DNA of 2,627 nucleotides from Naegleria gruberi (Eukaryota). Position numbers and translations under genes: made by a program. Within the stretch, counting starts at the first letter, position 1. Every line of letters begins with the position of its first letter. Below, in pieces: positions 1 through 2,627 of this stretch. The stretch lies in NCBI GenBank assembly GCA_000004985.1, contig GG739255.1, one strand, 5' to 3'. The notes below the pieces were generated by a model that worked only from the letters and a program-made list of their open reading frames with translations, was not told the origin of the DNA and searched no databases.

Positions 1-1
1 A

Positions 2-670
2 TATGAAGCATCCAATGACGACGATCACGCAATGGAAATTATGATTAAGGACTCATTCTCAGTTTCTAGAACTACCAATCAAGTACGTGAATCTGATGAT
101 TTGGACGATTTGGATGATTTAATTAATCGTACTGAAAATATCAAACTAAACTATGAAACTGAATCAGGTACAGACGATGAAACTGATTCATCTTCTGATG
201 GAAAGGGAGAATTTACTTCAGTTTCACTCAATACACCTTCAGATAATAGAAAATCCAACAGTTCCAGAAGAATAATCGAATCAGATTCCGATAATTCTGA
301 CGAGGAAATTTCACTCAACACCACAACAGTGAAACCAAATTCTTCCAACAACTCAACGGTCAACTCTGGAAAGATTATCCTCAAAGATCACCACTCTGAT
401 TCAGATTCAGATTCTGAACAAGATGATGAGGAAGAACTTGTTGGAGCAACCTTCTCAGTCAAACCAACAATTTCACTCCAGCAGTCAACCAACTCTGTTT
501 CACTCAATTCACCAGGATCTAATTTATCAACACCATCCACCAAAATCAAAACAAGAATAAGCAAAACATCAGACAAGACCAAACGTGTTAAGAAGAATCA
601 ATCTACATTCAGAAGAATGCATCGACTTGTTGAAGGTCAATTAGAAACTTTGGGCATTGAAATTGAATAA
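2..670 (+). CDS. 3' (C-terminal) part of an acidic Ser/Asp-rich repetitive protein; 5'-partial. Frame is open from the window edge; first in-frame ATG at 32; stop TAA at 668-670. Possibly a nuclear/nucleolar phosphoprotein-like low-complexity protein; identity not recognised.
   Basis: ORF track lists 32..670 (212 aa). The same frame has no stop back to position 2 (Y-E-A-S-N-D-D-D-H-A-M...), and the upstream residues are acidic like the rest, so the CDS probably starts outside the window. The ATG at 32 has a purine at -3 and G at +4, so it could alternatively be the true start. Composition shows acidic/Ser clusters (DLDDLDDL, ESDSDNSDEE, HSDSDSDSEQDDEEE), Asn/Ser/Thr-rich linkers and a basic tail (KIKTRISKTSDKTKRVKKNQSTFRR). 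The two minus-strand ORFs 151..384 and 388..582 are antisense mirrors of this low-complexity region. Confidence 0.6.
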   Translation, partial: YEASNDDDHAMEIMIKDSFSVSRTTNQVRESDDLDDLDDLINRTENIKLNYETESGTDDETDSSSDGKGEFTSVSLNTPSDNRKSNSSRRIIESDSDNSDEEISLNTTTVKPNSSNNSTVNSGKIILKDHHSDSDSDSEQDDEEELVGATFSVKPTISLQQSTNSVSLNSPGSNLSTPSTKIKTRISKTSDKTKRVKKNQSTFRRMHRLVEGQLETLGIEIE

Positions 671-671
671 A
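666..671 (+). promoter_or_regulatory. AATAAA hexamer overlapping the TAA stop of gene 1; candidate poly(A) signal, implying a very short 3' UTR
   Basis: The sequence ...attgAATAAAgaatt has the canonical hexamer at 666-671 and the stop at 668-670. There is no second canonical AATAAA in the following ~480 nt; the next is at 1159-1164. Confidence 0.3.
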
Positions 672-874
672 GAATTAAACTTTGTACTATTACCATTAGA
701 TTGTATTTATATTTAGTGCATCATGACTAACCTCTTCCCCTTCATCTTAGCTTTGTTGTGGTGCAGCATTTCGGAAGAAGATAACTAATTGATTCTCTTT
801 AATACCAAACACAATTGCTATATTATTAATACACAACTTTAAGTCTTCTTAACGTTTTGGTTGTTGTGATTAGG

Positions 875-943
875 TGTTGTTGTTTGAGTATTCACAGGTG
901 AATCTTCATCTTTGAAATAATGTTCAAGTGCCAAACAACAACA
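875..943. repeat. Perfect 12-bp inverted repeat tgttgttgtttg (875-886) / caaacaacaaca (932-943) built from TTG/CAA trinucleotide repeats, with a 45-nt spacer; potential hairpin
   Basis: Direct reading shows the reverse complement of 932-943 equals 875-886. The flanking bases do not extend the stem. The left arm sits in a longer (GTTGTTGT)x2 tract at 861-886. Confidence 0.4.
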
Positions 944-1156
944 AGTTGGTGATATTATTTCGCATTAGTATTTCTATTACTACTTACAGTTTAATAGAAT
1001 ATATTCTTTCATCAAAACCATTACAGTTTGTCTAATCTGTCTGCAGGTAGGAAAAACAACAAATAGAGGGAATTCTATAAGAGAGGAAAGACAAGTCATG
1101 TAACTGTGTAATATAATAGCAATTAATACGTATATTATTTATTGATTTAAGGATCT

Positions 1157-1235
1157 CAATAAATATTTCAAATTATTTCAAAATTGTAAAATTTAAATAT
1201 TTTTTTACAAAATACTGCCAGAGTTAAATATTTCC
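1157..1235. repeat. Three copies of the palindromic motif (T)AAATATTT(C/T) at about 1161, 1195 and 1226, spaced ~31-34 bp apart in an AT-rich tract. Also tatttcaaa is duplicated at 1163-1171 and 1174-1182.
   Basis: Direct reading shows caaTAAATATTTCaaa, attTAAATATTTTttt and gttAAATATTTCcttt. The AAATATTT 8-mer is its own reverse complement. Confidence 0.3.
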
Positions 1236-1682
1236 TTTTTTGAACTAGAAACCAAACACAATATGAAATTCATCATGATTAGACATCACACCGTACGTAT
1301 TTATTGGCTTTATTTCAGCTTTAATCAAATGATCATGAAAATATTAATACCTAAGTCAAAAGCAATTTTTTTGAAAGCAATACGATTTCGAATTAGAAAT
1401 TTTGAACATTTCCTTTTTGGGATTCACTTAAGAAAACATGAATTAAAAACAATCAAATCATCCCTCCAGAGGTATTAAACACTTTTAATATATAACATAT
1501 GGCGAATTGTAATCAGTCTCAATAGATAAATATGTACATCTTCATCCAACCCAAATCCTTAATTTTCAAGTTGGAAGGAATTATTAATATCAAAAGCACT
1601 TATTTGAATTTCAATGGTGGTGTGCATAATCATTGATATTATGTAAACATTGTAGTTTAGATAACATTCTCAAACTCTAATG

Positions 1683-2116
1683 AGTTGGAAAGAAGTTGTG
1701 GCCAAAAATTCGAAACAGGTTTATTTTTTTTACAGTGGCGGAGCGGATATCATATCACATAATCTTTCTATTTAGTTAACTTGCATACTTGAGAGATTCA
1801 TACAAGATATTGTACTACTTTTTGTTGCCGAGAAAAGGTTTACCCGAGCTAAAGTCTTACGCACCAGGTTTTACAGTACTCTGCCTTCAACTCATCTCCT
1901 TTAAAGTGGGTAATAACCTTATTAATAATTCCACAGTAAACCATCTGGAAATTGTCCTTTGAATTTCCAAACCGTAACACGCTCTGCTGTTCACGCCACG
2001 CACCTTCACGCTATCCTTAGTAAAATCAATCTATACAGCCTTAATCAAAAAAGTGTTTGCTGGCAATTTTTCGTAAATATTGAGTGGCGCTCAAATCCGT
2101 TTTTTGATTAAAAAAA
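1683..2116 (+). other. ATG-free leader: no ATG on the + strand between the ATG at 1680-1682 and the gene-2 start codon at 2117-2119. Candidate long 5' UTR / transcribed leader of gene 2.
   Basis: Manual scan of every 'at' dinucleotide across 1683-2116 found no following g. The 70 nt immediately upstream contain three ATGs (1613, ~1648, 1680). For an AT-rich background, several ATGs would be expected by chance in 434 nt. Confidence 0.35.
1978..2011. promoter_or_regulatory. Cluster of four CACGC cores (1978-1982, 1992-1996, 1997-2001, 2007-2011), three of them as TCACGC. On the complementary strand this is GCGTG, the RCGTG core used by bHLH-PAS factors (HIF-type HRE, AHR-type XRE). It lies ~105-140 bp upstream of the gene-2 ATG.
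   Basis: The sequence reads aaCACGCtctgctgtTCACGCCACGCaccttCACGCtatcc. This is four occurrences of a GC-rich 5-mer within 34 bp of an AT-rich locus. A TATA-like taaatat lies at ~2075-2081. Confidence 0.35.
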
Positions 2117-2243
2117 ATGCAAGGAAGAACGCTACTGCTTTTCTCGCTCATTCTTTTATGTGTGCTAGCTTGTTGTTGTGTAGAGAATGTTACTGCTGAA
2201 TCATGGAGAGGTTTCTTGAGTCAATCTATGCAAGTTACAAATG
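2117..2243 (+). CDS. Exon 1 of gene 2. Start codon in A-rich context (aaaaaaaATGc). It encodes the signal peptide and start of the mature region: MQGRTLLLFSLILLCVLACCCVENVTAESWRGFLSQSMQVTN + first base of a Gly codon.
   Basis: The ATG at 2117 follows the 434-nt ATG-free stretch. The N-terminus has the n-region (R4) / hydrophobic core (LLLFSLILLCVLA) / polar c-region layout of a secretory signal peptide. The exon ends at a consensus donor aatg|GTAAGTg at 2244. The frame is closed by a TGA at 2261-2263 inside the intron. Confidence 0.6.
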
Positions 2244-2306
2244 GTAAGTGGAGTGTAATTTGACATTTTGGAAGAATTAAGCATTATGATCATTATTCAT
2301 ATTTAG
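2244..2306 (+). other. Intron 1 of gene 2, 63 nt, phase 1, GTAAGTG...ATTTAG
   Basis: The 5' GTAAGT is at 2244-2249. The 3' end has a T-rich tract plus AG at 2305-2306 (tcatatttag|ga). There is an in-frame TGA at 2261-2263. Splicing 2243|2307 joins g+ga = Gly and restores an open frame. The size is typical of short nematode introns. Confidence 0.55.
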
Positions 2307-2627
2307 GAAAATTATTTTCATCATCAAAAAGATCACAAGTTGTTTGTCCTCCAAATACCTTTGGAAGTAAATGTAATAATAAGGTGAATCTACCAGATAC
2401 ATATCCTCTCAAAAAAGGTCCGTTAATGATTGGCCAGATGGAGATTAATGATGGAAATTCTTATTCATGCGAGTGGACTTTTTTTGTTTTAGAATTTAAT
2501 CAAAGTTTTAGTTATCCCTGTTTTTTTGTCGTAGCCGATACAACTGTTCCACCAATCAATTACACTCTAACCTATTCAGTGTGGTCTGCAGGTTTCATAA
2601 TTTTTTCAAAGGATGTTGTGTTTATTG
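2307..2627 (+). CDS. Exon 2 of gene 2 (3'-partial; continues past the window end). Phase-1 start; the spliced frame is open with no stop for 107 codons: G KLFSSSKRSQVVCPPNTFGSKCNNKVNLPDTYPLKKGPLMIGQMEINDGNSYSCEWTFFVLEFNQSFSYPCFFVVADTTVPPINYTLTYSVWSAGFIIFSKDVVFI. Secreted/type-I membrane protein of unrecognised family.
   Basis: A codon-by-codon read from 2309 to 2627 found no stop. In AT-rich DNA a stop-free run of this length is unlikely by chance. Internal candidate splice signals (donor aag|gtgaat at 2384; T-run+AG at 2491-2492 and 2533-2534) would both lead to an early stop if used, so read-through is favoured. The exact exon structure is uncertain. Confidence 0.45.

Noticed and set aside
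151-582. Two minus-strand ORFs (151..384, 77 aa; 388..582, 64 aa) antisense to gene 1
   Set aside because: They are reverse-complement mirrors of the Ser/Asp/Glu low-complexity codons (GAT/GAA/TCA read backwards as ATC/TTC/TGA-free runs of S/E/L). They have no independent start context and are nested entirely inside a longer, better-supported sense ORF.
985-1036. Repeated ttacagttt words (about 987 and 1021) and other ttacag occurrences (1729, 1871)
   Set aside because: They are short and lack extended flanking similarity. They are most likely chance recurrences of an acceptor-like hexamer in AT-rich DNA rather than a dispersed repeat or real exon boundaries. No open frame follows any of them.
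1263-1478. Plus-strand ORF of 71 aa (MKFIMIRHHTVRIYWLYFSFNQMIMKILIPKSK...)
   Set aside because: The K/I/F/R-rich composition is what random translation of AT-rich DNA gives. It has no splice signals, no signal or recognisable domain, and is surrounded by low-complexity A/T sequence, so it is probably spurious. Only a conserved, expressed homolog would change that.
1700-1722. Minus-strand CTGTTTCG, close to the Ruby/21U-RNA upstream core motif CTGTTTCA
   Set aside because: It is a single imperfect copy. The downstream spacer is not convincingly AT-rich followed by a T-start 21-mer context, and there is no clustering of motifs as in piRNA loci.
1836-1856. ggtttacccgagctaaag resembles the 5' end of nematode SL1 (GGTTTAATTACCCAAGTTTGAG)
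   Set aside because: Similarity is partial (needs a 4-nt deletion and several mismatches). There is no GT splice donor immediately after it, and no Sm-site/stem-loop arrangement downstream. Judged coincidental.
2081-2106. gtggcgctcaaatccg followed by TTTTTT, superficially like a Pol III gene end / tRNA 3' end
   Set aside because: There is no tRNA cloverleaf, no matching acceptor-stem partner ~70 nt upstream and no A/B-box-like GTTCGAnTC. The T-run is more simply part of the AT-rich sequence preceding the ATG.
1-2627. Prokaryotic-style interpretation (operon, defence island, CRISPR, toxin-antitoxin)
   Set aside because: A spliceosomal GTAAGT...TTTAG intron interrupts a signal-peptide ORF. 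Intergenic spacing is long. There are no RBS-like purine tracts before the ORFs, and no direct-repeat/spacer arrays. The window is eukaryotic nuclear DNA.

Overview
This is an AT-rich eukaryotic window, not prokaryotic. I see no Shine-Dalgarno or operon layout, no CRISPR array, no rRNA or tRNA, and no recognisable transposon ends. The gene structure looks nematode-like (Caenorhabditis-style): there is a 63-nt intron with GTAAGT...TTTAG boundaries, an A-rich context before the second gene's ATG, and T-run+AG acceptor-like sites. The window holds two plus-strand protein-coding genes separated by about 1.45 kb of non-coding DNA.

1. Gene 1 spans 2..670 and its 5' end lies outside the window. It is the C-terminal part of a highly acidic, Ser/Asp-rich, internally repetitive protein with a short basic, NLS-like tail. 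The stop codon overlaps an AATAAA.
2. Gene 2 starts at ATG 2117. Exon 1 (2117..2243) encodes a classic N-terminal signal peptide. A phase-1 intron (2244..2306) follows, and the reading frame then stays open for more than 100 codons to the window edge. The product is a secreted or type-I membrane protein of a family I do not recognise.

The intergenic region has three features worth follow-up:
- A 434-nt stretch immediately upstream of the gene-2 ATG is completely free of ATG on the coding strand.
- A compositionally distinct, less AT-rich island lies inside that stretch. It contains a tight cluster of four CACGC cores (GCGTG on the other strand, the bHLH-PAS HRE/XRE-type core) about 105-140 bp upstream of the ATG.
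- There are two small repeat structures: a TTG/CAA inverted repeat and a phased triple of TAAATATTT palindromes.

Nothing in the window supports a prokaryotic-style defence or mobile system. The most novel content is the uncharacterised secreted-protein gene and its unusual upstream region. All coordinates were hand-counted and all statistics are rough estimates, not computed values.
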